DNA of 60,421 nt, filler included, from Stramenopiles sp. TOSAG23-2 (Eukaryota): assembly GCA_900128395.1 (NCBI GenBank). It is 5 parts of 5 records of this genome, joined end to end, with 100 filler letters (N's around TTAATTAATTAA, not from the genome) between each part and the next. Parts side by side here need not be neighbours in the genome. Positions count along the whole stretch, not along the records: positions 36,418 to 48,377 come from LT649886.1; positions 48,478 to 60,421 come from LT649887.1; 3 more parts are not named here. The stretch is one strand, 5' to 3'. Under the pieces are notes generated by a model. That model ran no database searches. It was not told where the DNA came from and saw only the letters and a program-made list of their open reading frames with translations. This document shows positions 46,176 through 56,110 of the stretch, piece by piece. How positions within the stretch are numbered: the stretch's first letter is position 1; each line of letters begins with the position of its first letter. Made by a program: the position numbers and the translations under genes.

Positions 46176-46262
46176 TTAGAGTGGTTGCTCGTCTAATGAT
46201 AGATGCCTACTAGAAATCCTAATTTTTTTTTAGAAAATGTTAGCAGGGTGATACCACAAGAC
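46176..46262. repeat. Direct-repeat partner of 43906-43992 (87 bp, 9 mismatches)
   Basis: Ungapped hand alignment at offset 2270. Confidence 0.9.
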
Positions 46263-46314
46263 ACAAAAATATATATTTTTTTACAGATAAAGTTACAGTA
46301 GGATTATGGTGCAA

Positions 46315-46830
46315 TTATTCACTCTCTCTCTCTCTTTCTCTTGCTGCAAATGTTTCTCGATGGGCCCTTGCTTGCAATCCAGATTTTTTTTCTGACCACG
46401 ATGATTGACCCGCGCATGTAACATTGTCTGCATCACGCAGCTGTGCCAATTCCAATTGCCTGTTACGGATGCCAATTTCATGTACTAAATAGGACATACC
46501 AAAGCCGTTGTATGTACGCAATATATCATTCAGAAATTGTAATTCGCGTTCTATCACATCCTGCTTCTTGCGCGCTTCACGTATTTTTGTATAATGGTAA
46601 TACTGATGAAATATTTCAAACGCATTTACCCGATAATCTGATGCCAGCAGTGCTTCTTTATCGCTAACCAATTTTGTTGTAAGCGTTAGAAACCGTTCAA
46701 ACGGCATGTCGGTCTTCAATACCAGAGCCATTACCTCATACAGGTTGAGTGTCTTGGATGTTAGCAGTTGTATCACACGTTGTTGTTTAAAGATATCTTT
46801 TTCCCCGAGAAATTGAATCTTAGACGACAT
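46315..46830 (-). CDS. Hypothetical protein (element ORF)
   Basis: 171-aa ATG-initiated ORF; TATAAAAG 18 nt upstream. Confidence 0.6.
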   Translation of the reverse strand: MSSKIQFLGEKDIFKQQRVIQLLTSKTLNLYEVMALVLKTDMPFERFLTLTTKLVSDKEALLASDYRVNAFEIFHQYYHYTKIREARKKQDVIERELQFLNDILRTYNGFGMSYLVHEIGIRNRQLELAQLRDADNVTCAGQSSWSEKKSGLQARAHRETFAARERERESE

Positions 46831-46882
46831 TTGATAAACATAACATTTCTTTTATAGGGTCAAACGGTTGTAAAAGTTTTTA

Positions 46883-47790
46883 TCACATGCGTATGGTAGG
46901 AATTTTTGGCTCAATGAAGTCTATTAACCGCTTGAATAGCTGCTTTAGCGCGAGAAAATTCTTCACCGCGTCCCGGATTTCCTTCTGGGTAACATGGAAC
47001 CCCTTTTGTACCCTACCTAATTTGACAAACAGAAATTCAAGGCCTTCAAGTTTCAAGACTGGATTAATACCTTTTAGAATAGCCTCACGGTAGAGGCGTT
47101 CTATCCACTGCTTGGTGTTTTCTTTGGAGAAACCCCGGGATTTCAGCATAAACGATGGAAGAAACATGTCTTGCTCGGCTTCTTTATCTTCTTCGTTTTC
47201 ATCGTCCGTTGTGACTTCGCGATATTCTTTCGGCTGTGCAAGCACTTCCAGCGGCTGCTGGGTATCCAACGTTATTTGCCGCCGCTCATGCCATTGCTGT
47301 TCAAGCTGTTTGTAATCCGGACCAATGGCATAACCTCGGTGAAGCTCTAGATTCCCTGGGGTATTCTCCTTGGGAATTAAAGTTGGTTTTAATCTGCGTT
47401 TTTCATTTGGCTGGGCAGAGGGCACCCGTAAATGCTGCGGTGTCTCGTTCAACCTAGCGCCCTCTTCCACCTCCTGAACCTGTCTCACAAATGCCGGGGT
47501 GTTCTTCACGTCTCGTTTCTTATACTGCCGCGGGGTGGGAGAAGGGTCCGNNNNNNNNNNNNNNNNNNNNNNNNNNNNNNNNNNNNNNNNNNNNNNNNNN
47601 NNNNNNNNNNNNNNNNGTTGGGAGAAGGGTCCGACGGTGACATCGCCATAAACTGTTGGGTTAAACTGGACGCTTGATTTTTGGCGATGGATACATCCGA
47701 AAGCTCATTGGTGAGCGTTGCCAATTCGTCTTGGCACGTCTCCAACAAGATAGCTAATTTTCTCAAACGTTTATGAATTGTATCTTCCAT
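46883..47790 (-). CDS. Hypothetical protein (element ORF) spanning the N gap at 47551-47616
   Basis: MEDTIHKR...SDPSPN[gap]DPSPTPRQYKKRDVKNTP joins ORFs 47506..47790 and 46883..47509; gggagaagggtccg occurs on both sides of the gap. Confidence 0.6.
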
Positions 47791-47919
47791 GGTTTATCCA
47801 TTTTCACTAAGCTTATATAGTGCCTAGCGCCCAGAGCGACTTTTCGATTGACTTGAAGTATCAACATTGCTGGCATAAAATCGCCGGAGCACCTATTTAA
47901 ATAACAAGATGACCTACCA

Positions 47920-48270
47920 ATGAAATCAAAACACAAGAAACTCAAACAGAAACGAGCGGAACTGGCTATCTTAATTACCCGCAAGGCGTTTAAAACATAC
48001 AACGCCTATGTAACCGCCTCCTGCATTGTACAAAATCTTCAACCCATGCTGGTTGCCAACCGCGAGAAGTTTATCGCTGCCTTCACCAAGAGGGTATCTG
48101 CGCCGTTATACCACCTCACCGACGATGCGGAACAATCCAAACGCCATGTGATATCTTTTCTGAGGCGGTTGGCTCACTACTATGGGAATTTCTTAGCATC
48201 CAAGCGAAAATCTATCGTTGTCAATGGCAAGACTATCTCTCAATATTCCTACGCGCTGGTGAAAGTGTGA
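47920..48270 (+). CDS. Small basic hypothetical protein (element ORF), possibly DNA-binding
   Basis: 116 aa, Lys/Arg-rich; TATTTAAA 18 nt upstream; divergent from the 47790 ORF. Confidence 0.6.
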   Translation: MKSKHKKLKQKRAELAILITRKAFKTYNAYVTASCIVQNLQPMLVANREKFIAAFTKRVSAPLYHLTDDAEQSKRHVISFLRRLAHYYGNFLASKRKSIVVNGKTISQYSYALVKV

Positions 48271-48377
48271 AGTGTTCACTTGCGGAAAAACGGAAAAAAA
48301 TGCAAGGTTTCACATGCTGGAGATTCTGGCGATTTCACAAGTGCCAACTGCCGGCAGGTGGCAGATGACTTTTGCCC

Positions 48378-48477
48378 NNNNNNNNNNNNNNNNNNNNNNN
48401 NNNNNNNNNNNNNNNNNNNNNTTAATTAATTAANNNNNNNNNNNNNNNNNNNNNNNNNNNNNNNNNNNNNNNNNNNN
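48378..48477. other. Artificial contig-joining spacer
   Basis: N44-TTAATTAATTAA-N44. Confidence 0.98.
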
Positions 48478-48704
48478 AAGCATCAATCGTATCGTCGTTT
48501 GTAGATGATGTCTCCAGTACCGTTGAGTCGACCACTGATAGCTCCAGTCTGAAGAAGCGAAATTTACCCACTAATGGCACTTCGGGTTCAGAAAGTATAG
48601 GATCGCGAGTTAAAATGCGACGACGTCCAATCAACAAGCAACAAAAACAATCACGACCTCCAGGCACAGCTTTTGCTTCCCCTGGATCTAACAAATATAA
48701 GTAA
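48478..48704 (+). CDS. 3' end of an unidentified gene (5'-truncated by contig start)
   Basis: Open frame ASIVSSFVDD...PGSNKYK* up to TAA at 48702-48704, followed by AT-rich UTR-like DNA. Confidence 0.45.
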
Positions 48705-48868
48705 TTCTTTCACAGGTCTGGTAATTCCATACATATATACATATACATTATGAGTAAATAAAATCTTTAAATTATAAATAAGAGAATTTTTTATATATAT
48801 ATATATACATATCCATCAATTAATGGATAATACTCAAATATTATAAAATCTTAGCGATAAATTAAAAT

Positions 48869-50189
48869 CTAAGCTAATCCAACAGCTGATGGAAGAATCA
48901 CTCGCCAAACTAATGCACCTACCAAACCAAGAGTAAATATAAAACCTACAACAATTTTTATTTTACCGATACCACCATCATCAACAGGTTCCTCTTTCTT
49001 TCCAATTATTTCTGCTTTTTTTTGTGCAACTGCTTTACTAACTGGACCCATACCTCTTTTCTTAGAGTTACAAACCAACCTTTCATCACGTTTTAGGACA
49101 GTTGGTAACAGCATTTTAACAAATTTTTTCTTCGATGTAATTGTCGTAGTTCCTTGACATCTAATATTATCTCCATCAACACCAATAACAAATCCACCTT
49201 CAAGTTTTGCTGAGTCTCCTAATGGTTCTATTACCAACTTTGAAAATTTACTATGATCTTCCATTATATCTAACCAGCCATTCTGTGGAGCGTAGCGTAT
49301 GAATGAGTGTAATAAATATGTCAGAGATGATATCTTTTTTTTCAAGTTTAGGGGAATATAAGAAGTAACTTACCGTCAACTCAAATGGTTCTTCCATTGC
49401 TTTAACAAATCTAGGCATTGATCCAAAATTTTTTGTTTGAACCCATGATATCCATGAATCGTTACTAGGTTCACCATTGATCGGTGAACGATTTGTTATA
49501 CATATCCACATATATTTACCTTCAATCACACGTTGTGTCCCATCCTCTTGGTATATTGTTATCTCGCCATGAAAATTATTGCCTTTTGAATGTGGAAACA
49601 AGACAGCATATGCTGCAAATAATTTTAAACAAGCAGCGGAGCCGGGGAAATGAGTACGTCCATAGTCTTGTCCTTCAATTGCACGTGGTGCTAATCCTAA
49701 ATGAATTGCCTCAACGCTCAACATATCTGCTACAAGACCTTTTGAATCAGATACAGAACATACCGTAATCTCTTTTGTTTCTCCACTTTTGATCAACTCA
49801 GCAACACGTTTTGGGCGTTCAATTCCTTGTGATATAGCGAAAAAATTCATCCCTCCGCAACTTACGAAACCCATTGGTATTTTATCCGAGTTTTTGCTTT
49901 GATTCACCCCTTGTGCAGTTTCACACAAAGTGCCATCGCCTCCAGCGCCTACTACAATCCATCCACTATCACAGTATTCTTTCGCTAATTCAACAGCATG
50001 TCCTCTTCTCTCTGTGTATTGTATTTTGAGCTCTATATCTGGATTAATTTCTTTCATTGCATCTTTAAATGATTGACAAGGAAACGTTAATTGGCCAGTA
50101 CCAATAACGGAGTTTGGCCCTTCTACGGCTTTCAAACTTCTGCCACCACCACTTATTGGATTTAATATAATACAGACTTTCTTTGGCAT
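48869..50189 (-). CDS. Diacylglycerol/sphingosine kinase-family lipid kinase with a C-terminal TM anchor; complement(join(48869..49282,49374..50189))
   Basis: ILNPISGGG, TERRGHA, GAGGDGTLCE, GGMNFFA, GVDGD; phase-0 GTAAGT..CAG intron at 49283-49373. Confidence 0.85.
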
Positions 50190-50457
50190 GATCACTCCTG
50201 TCTTATAATAATATATTATGACTACTAAATGATAAAGGAGGAAAGATATTATATTTCTAATATCATCATATTATATATATATATATAGATGCACTTCTTT
50301 TTTTTATTTGATTTTTTTTCCTTTTTTTTGGGGTATATTATAATATACCAGGTAGATTAAGATAGAATAGTTGTAATAAAATAATATTGGATGATTAATT
50401 GCAAAAAAAAACAAATTCAACAAAGAAAAACCAAAAAAAGCAAAAAAAACAAAGAAA

Positions 50458-50964
50458 ATGGATTCTTCTACAATGAAATCAACTACTGTACCTTCAACTA
50501 TTCCATCAATGTTACAAAATATATGTAAAATAAAAGATTTGTCCCCAACTTCGACTTCAATACATATATATGTCAAAGTATTAAATGTATTAGTAATTGC
50601 ACAACGTAAATATAAAGATGGAACAATTATTGAAGTTGGTGAGATATTAGTTGGAGATAATACTGGGAATATAATAATAAGTGCTCGTGGAAAAGAGCAG
50701 ATCGAAGTATTACAATCTCTTAATGATATCATACAAATAGAAAATGGTAAGATAGAAATGTTTGACGGTAGTTATATGCGTTTAACAATTGATAAGTGGG
50801 GTAGTGTTTCAAAATGTATAAATACGACGTCAGAAATTAAAAGCTTTGTGAATATCTTAATAAATAAAAATAGTAGTATGATAAATAATGATGATAATGA
50901 AAATGATACTGCTGGTGATGATGAATATTTAAAAAACTATTCAATGGTTGAGTACACATTATGA
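50458..50964 (+). CDS. Single OB-fold nucleic-acid-binding protein (At4g28440/SSB-like)
   Basis: LVGDNTGNIIISAR..Q...NGKIEMF.GSYMRLTIDKWG. Confidence 0.8.
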   Translation: MDSSTMKSTTVPSTIPSMLQNICKIKDLSPTSTSIHIYVKVLNVLVIAQRKYKDGTIIEVGEILVGDNTGNIIISARGKEQIEVLQSLNDIIQIENGKIEMFDGSYMRLTIDKWGSVSKCINTTSEIKSFVNILINKNSSMINNDDNENDTAGDDEYLKNYSMVEYTL

Positions 50965-51142
50965 TTCACAAAAAAGGAGATGGAGTATTTAATACCACGT
51001 ACGAATGATGTATCGGTTAGATAGATATGTGTGTGTGTGTGTGTGTGTATGTGCATGTGTAAATTAAGCTGCCAGCTGGATATTTTATAATAATATGATA
51101 TATCGATATGCATATGTATTTTTTTATTTAATTTAATAATAT

Positions 51143-51224
51143 ATGGTTAAAATCTAAAGTTATAATAATTTTACACTTCTCGTGGTAAAGTAATATGCTC
51201 AATACTCAATCGCAAGAATAATAT
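51143..51224. repeat. ~80-bp dispersed repeat, copy C
   Basis: atggttaaaatctaaagttataataatttt...gtaatatgctcaatactcaatcgcaagaataatat. Confidence 0.9.
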
Positions 51225-51492
51225 GCTATCCTACTATAATAAAGCTCTCCTGACGTCGTCGCAAGCTCTCATGCGCCACCGCAAGCTAATACTCCATAAG
51301 CACAAGTAGGTTTAATTTAATATATATACGAAGTAATATATAAATGTGTGCATATCATAATATTTTACGACTATAAAATACATGAATAATAAAAATCATT
51401 TTATTAATATATCAATATCGCATATATATATATACAAGCTTGTATCATATGTGAAAAATATTCGTACATCATGTTCGAAGCATAATATAAAA

Positions 51493-54400
51493 TCACAATT
51501 TTGAATTGGTTGTTTGTTTTGCCAACATTGGAAAATTTGCAATGCTAGGGATTACTTTGCCTTTACCACCATTACCGGCAGAACTAGGCTTTCTGAAAAA
51601 ATTAATCCGAGCTACAAATTCTAGTAACCCATCTTCATCATTATATGCATCATGCAATTGTAAAAAATCCGATTTTGTATTTGTTTCCTCATCAACAAAC
51701 TTTGTTAAAACATTCAATGATTGAAAGGATGCGATGGCATTACTAATCGTATTCGATGCGCATGCCTCGTAATGATCGATATGACCATCATTGTACATTG
51801 TTTCTGTTAACCATTGTGCTCGTTCAATGAGCGGTTTGCTTTCCATTTTAATGCTTGGCAATAATGCGTTTAAAGACAATGAAGATGTGTAATATGCATC
51901 AATAAATGGCCACATAATGCTACATAAAAAACCAAACATACGTTCCCCTTCATTATTAATCGATATTGATCCATACTTTTTCAAATCATTAACAAATGTT
52001 GTTGGTCTATTATCATTAGAAGAATATGTTGATGTCATGACAATGCCAGTACTACCACTGAAATCAATTTTGGAATTTGAAGGAAAAGCATCATTAAACC
52101 CATTTTTCATATTAAAGGTGCCATTATCAATCATTTTGAACAAAACATCCATGTGATCTTTTTCTCGTTCTTGGTCATCTCCGGAATTGGAACGATCGCG
52201 TACAAATTCTAATGATAATATTTTATCTAAAAACAAAACTTGTTTTAACAAATCATGTATTGGCAAAAATGCATCAGTCATTTTCACCATATTATTTGCA
52301 GTCGTATCAGATACGTCACTATCATTGTTTGCTTTCTTATCCCAGATATCGTTCACACTGGCATAAAATGCTATTGCCCACAATGCTTCTTGTGAAAACA
52401 AATGCAATATTTTATTACGATACAATCCTAATGATATGTAATTTTTATACACATCTGGAGTCTCTGTATTCGGGACGTAAAATTCATGTCGTCGCTCAAC
52501 GACTAAATCGCCTAGCATTTTTATAGAACGTTCTACTGAATAATTCCGAGGTGTACCTTCTACTAATATAACTTGTCCACCACGTTGAGTCACTTCATGT
52601 CTTAACCATTCTATATCTTCTAGCAATTGTGGCTTTTTAATTCCACTACGATAATTTAATATAATGGCAGCACATAAGTGCGTTGGCATTGATACTCCTG
52701 ATTGTGTAATTTTCTCCAGTAAATCATATGCTAATGATGATGTTAACTTTTTAAAATCATTGTCATTCGTTCTTGGATTATACGAGGCACCATATGCGCT
52801 TTTCTTTCTGAACGATTCAACATGTTGTTTCTCATAGTCATTAAATGATACTGGCTCGCCGAATTGTATCGATAAAAAGCCATAGTTTGATTTTAAAAAT
52901 GTTGGAATAGATTTAAGCAAATTTGGTAACGTTTCTCCAGGTTTCCGTTTGCCTAACATTTCATCTGAATACAAAGATGCTTCCCATGTCCTTTCAAAAT
53001 CAATGGAAACGGGAACAAACATTACGTCTTTCACGCGTCCATCTACTGCAGCAGCAATAGATGTTTTCAATGCGCCAAATTTTGGCGTTAACGTTTTACC
53101 TGTACGACTTCTCGTGCCTTCCAGAAAAAATTCAACAACTTGTTTATCCTCCAACAATCGTTGAATATATTCATTGAATATAGCTTGGTATACAACATCA
53201 TTTGGAAAAGGTCTTTTAATGAAAAATGCACCTGCATGACGCAACATGGTAGATAAAACGCCGAGTCCTAAGAAATCTTCACCTGCTAATATATGTGGCA
53301 ACGGCAAATTGTACGCAAAGAAAATATAAGATAAGATAATGAAATCCACATAACTTCGATGTGATGGCAATAATACCAACGGGCATTCCCCTTTTGCTGC
53401 AAGATTACGTACTTTTTCCAAACCTTTTTCATCAACGCGTATGCCTTCGTATACAGTCCTCCACACTTTACGCAAAGGATAGGTTAAAACACGTGCTTTT
53501 TCTACATCCATTTGTGCCGCCATTTCTTTTAATATATTGTATCCATGTTGCTCAGCAGCTTTTTGTGGTACATTTCGTGTCTTTGAATATGTCACCATTG
53601 CATCTTGTACCTGTTTTGAAGACAAAACTAGCTTCAACATTTCTGATGGTTTCCTTTGATTTAAACGTGGCACAAACTTTGCTTCTTGGGCTTTTCCTTC
53701 TTTCCATCCAGTTAAACCTAATATGCGACCAAAAATTCCCTTTTTCGTATAACCAGGTGCACGGCCATGCGTATAAGACCATGTTATGTCCGGCATAATG
53801 CTTGGAAATGAAATTACATGATGATCATCATCCCAATTGTAAATACGATCGGTAGTTAAACTCATTGCATTGTGTTGAATGCTACTTTCCGATGGCAATA
53901 CTAAATCCTCCTTCAAATTAATCGCTCGTAAACCGATTGCAAAATTTGTGTAATATTGCTTCCAATTGATATCTGTAATGTCAACGTTAAATGGATTTTT
54001 GTCGATCCAAATCGTGTTTGGCTCAATTCCATATGCGTCTTTTGCATCTTTAACCCAACTTTGTGCCATTCCATTTTTGAAAAACCATTGGTTACGCGTG
54101 AAAAATTCAAAGGTTATATTCACCGTACGTGCTTGCTCCACACCACGTGCTAAACGTTTGCTAGTTTTAATATGACCAGGATCACGGATCAATTCAGCAA
54201 ACGTACGATATGCTGATGATGGTAAGGTATAGCGTAGAAACCATTCAATTTGAAATCGTTGCGGAGAATCGATCATATGGAAAGTTGGTGGGCCACTTGC
54301 ATTTGGAGAAGGATAATCACGGAAATGGCCAAATGCCATTTGAACTTGCCTCCAATTGCATGGATTTTGATAGGATGTACCACAATTCGATATATCTGCT

Positions 54401-55371
54401 TTCAATCGTGGATTTTTTTCATATGTTTCCATGCCTGCATGTATCATATGGTTTGCAACCGTATCAACTGGTATGATATCACCAACACTGCGATTGATAC
54501 CTGGCATCACGGTTAACAAACCTAACCCACCAGCCATTAAAACAGCACCTGCAGCAAATCGTGAATCAATCCATCCAGGCCATGGTTCTCGCAATGCAGC
54601 CCCAATTATAGATGGGCGAACGATATGCAAAGGTATTTGTAATTCTTTTCGTTTTAATACCATCAAAACTTCTGAAATATGCTTTGTTAAACAATATGTA
54701 TTTGGATACGTACCAAGTGCTCTGTTTGTAATATTTGCTAATTCAATCTCACTTTTGCCTCCTTGTACAGATTGAATTAATGCATGTGGATCAAATTCCA
54801 ATGGATAAATTTTCTCGTACACCTTTCGACCACTTGGTTGATTGCTACTTGAATATGTAGAGCTTACTTGAACGAAACATTTCACATTAAAAATATTTTT
54901 TGCCATCGTTAACAATCTCAACGGTCCTAAAACATTAATATCAATTGCAATATCAATTCTTTCGGTAAAATCAACTGTTGCTGCACTGTGAAATATAATA
55001 TCAATGCCTCCATTTTTCACGATTTGATCAATATCACTTGGTACAATATCAAGATTATTACGATGACCTAACATATCACCTGCAATAGGTGTCACTTTTG
55101 AATGAACATATCGTAAGAAATTATCCATGTTTTTATCAAAATTATCATTGATCATACGATCGAATATTTTTGACTTGAATACTTCATTGTTCAATCGTTC
55201 TTGGATAGTTATACCTGGTTTTGGACGTACCAATACATAAATTTGTTTAATATTTGGCAATGAACGTAATAATTTTTCCAGAAGTACTTTTCCTAGAAAT
55301 CCAGTTGCCCCAGTTACAAAAAGAGTTTTATTTTTATAAAAATTTGGTATTAATGTTGGGTCCAACGTCAT
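51493..55371 (-). CDS. Fatty acyl-CoA reductase-DHAP/glycerol-3-phosphate acyltransferase fusion (FARAT-like), PTS1 SKL
   Basis: FAR: TGATGFLGKVLLEKLL, YPNTYCLTK, RPSIIGA, DIIPVD. Acyltransferase: PSHRSYVD, GAFFIKR, FFLEGTRSRTGK, VPVSI. Ends -NSKL. Confidence 0.93.
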   Translation of the reverse strand: MTLDPTLIPNFYKNKTLFVTGATGFLGKVLLEKLLRSLPNIKQIYVLVRPKPGITIQERLNNEVFKSKIFDRMINDNFDKNMDNFLRYVHSKVTPIAGDMLGHRNNLDIVPSDIDQIVKNGGIDIIFHSAATVDFTERIDIAIDINVLGPLRLLTMAKNIFNVKCFVQVSSTYSSSNQPSGRKVYEKIYPLEFDPHALIQSVQGGKSEIELANITNRALGTYPNTYCLTKHISEVLMVLKRKELQIPLHIVRPSIIGAALREPWPGWIDSRFAAGAVLMAGGLGLLTVMPGINRSVGDIIPVDTVANHMIHAGMETYEKNPRLKADISNCGTSYQNPCNWRQVQMAFGHFRDYPSPNASGPPTFHMIDSPQRFQIEWFLRYTLPSSAYRTFAELIRDPGHIKTSKRLARGVEQARTVNITFEFFTRNQWFFKNGMAQSWVKDAKDAYGIEPNTIWIDKNPFNVDITDINWKQYYTNFAIGLRAINLKEDLVLPSESSIQHNAMSLTTDRIYNWDDDHHVISFPSIMPDITWSYTHGRAPGYTKKGIFGRILGLTGWKEGKAQEAKFVPRLNQRKPSEMLKLVLSSKQVQDAMVTYSKTRNVPQKAAEQHGYNILKEMAAQMDVEKARVLTYPLRKVWRTVYEGIRVDEKGLEKVRNLAAKGECPLVLLPSHRSYVDFIILSYIFFAYNLPLPHILAGEDFLGLGVLSTMLRHAGAFFIKRPFPNDVVYQAIFNEYIQRLLEDKQVVEFFLEGTRSRTGKTLTPKFGALKTSIAAAVDGRVKDVMFVPVSIDFERTWEASLYSDEMLGKRKPGETLPNLLKSIPTFLKSNYGFLSIQFGEPVSFNDYEKQHVESFRKKSAYGASYNPRTNDNDFKKLTSSLAYDLLEKITQSGVSMPTHLCAAIILNYRSGIKKPQLLEDIEWLRHEVTQRGGQVILVEGTPRNYSVERSIKMLGDLVVERRHEFYVPNTETPDVYKNYISLGLYRNKILHLFSQEALWAIAFYASVNDIWDKKANNDSDVSDTTANNMVKMTDAFLPIHDLLKQVLFLDKILSLEFVRDRSNSGDDQEREKDHMDVLFKMIDNGTFNMKNGFNDAFPSNSKIDFSGSTGIVMTSTYSSNDNRPTTFVNDLKKYGSISINNEGERMFGFLCSIMWPFIDAYYTSSLSLNALLPSIKMESKPLIERAQWLTETMYNDGHIDHYEACASNTISNAIASFQSLNVLTKFVDEETNTKSDFLQLHDAYNDEDGLLEFVARINFFRKPSSAGNGGKGKVIPSIANFPMLAKQTTNSKL

Positions 55372-56110
55372 ATTTTTAAATAAATTGGTTATTATATATA
55401 TCTATATATTAAATTATCAAATTGTATAAATATATTGTTTCTTCTCTATTCTTTTGAATGTTTCTTTTTCCTTGTGCCCTTTTCAACCAAAACTATTATT
55501 CGTATTTGCTATTCTTCGTTTATATTGGTTTCATTTTGTGTATTATAATTATATATGTTACATGTAGTACAAAGTACTAATAATATTGAAGCAGCAGGAA
55601 CTTTCGAATAACTTTCTACACAACACCATAATTCTTTCTAGAATAATTAAAAAAATATTTTATGTGCTTAAATGCACAAATGGAACGGCCTCTAATAACT
55701 TGTTTCGTTTGTGTGTTTTAATTTCATTAATCCGCAATCATTTTTTTTTATTTTTTTCATCATGATGTTTGCTGGTTTATTGTGCAACTACTTGTTGCAT
55801 CAGATAGCACGTAATACGTAATATCTTTTTTTTTGTGTTTTGTTGTTCGCTAATAATCTAATAATAAGATAGAAATAGTATTATAATAATATATTTAATG
55901 ATGTGTGTATGCTATTATCTTAAATTTATGATTATTGTTGCTGATTATTATAATTAGGAAATTAGTGGAAAATGAATGCCCAGGGAATGAATTGATCGAA
56001 TAAAAATATGAAACAACAATGATATAAGATAAACAAGAAAACAAGATCACAAAGTAAGATAACAAAAATACAAATTTAATATTCAGCTTTTTCAATTATT
56101 ATTATTGACA

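Larger units (their letters stand above)
39430..48377. mobile_element. Putative integrated virus-like/tyrosine-recombinase element; left boundary approximate, right end cut by the contig end
   Basis: Abrupt rise in GC (hand count 25/60 at 40201-40260 vs 16/60 at host 6901-6960). No introns or poly-Asn, tightly packed orphan ORFs, and a YR-like lead gene. Confidence 0.65.

Noticed and set aside
12065-48477. TTAATTAATTAA motif recurring about every 12 kb
   Set aside because: Artificial six-frame-stop linker within N runs. Contig lengths descend (12064, 12035, 12018, 11960), which indicates size-sorted concatenation.
13677-55371. Apparent peroxisomal gene cluster (TMEM135-like, SKL lyase, SKL FARAT) and MFS paralogue pairing
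   Set aside because: FARAT and the second MFS are on a different contig, so their proximity is a concatenation artefact.
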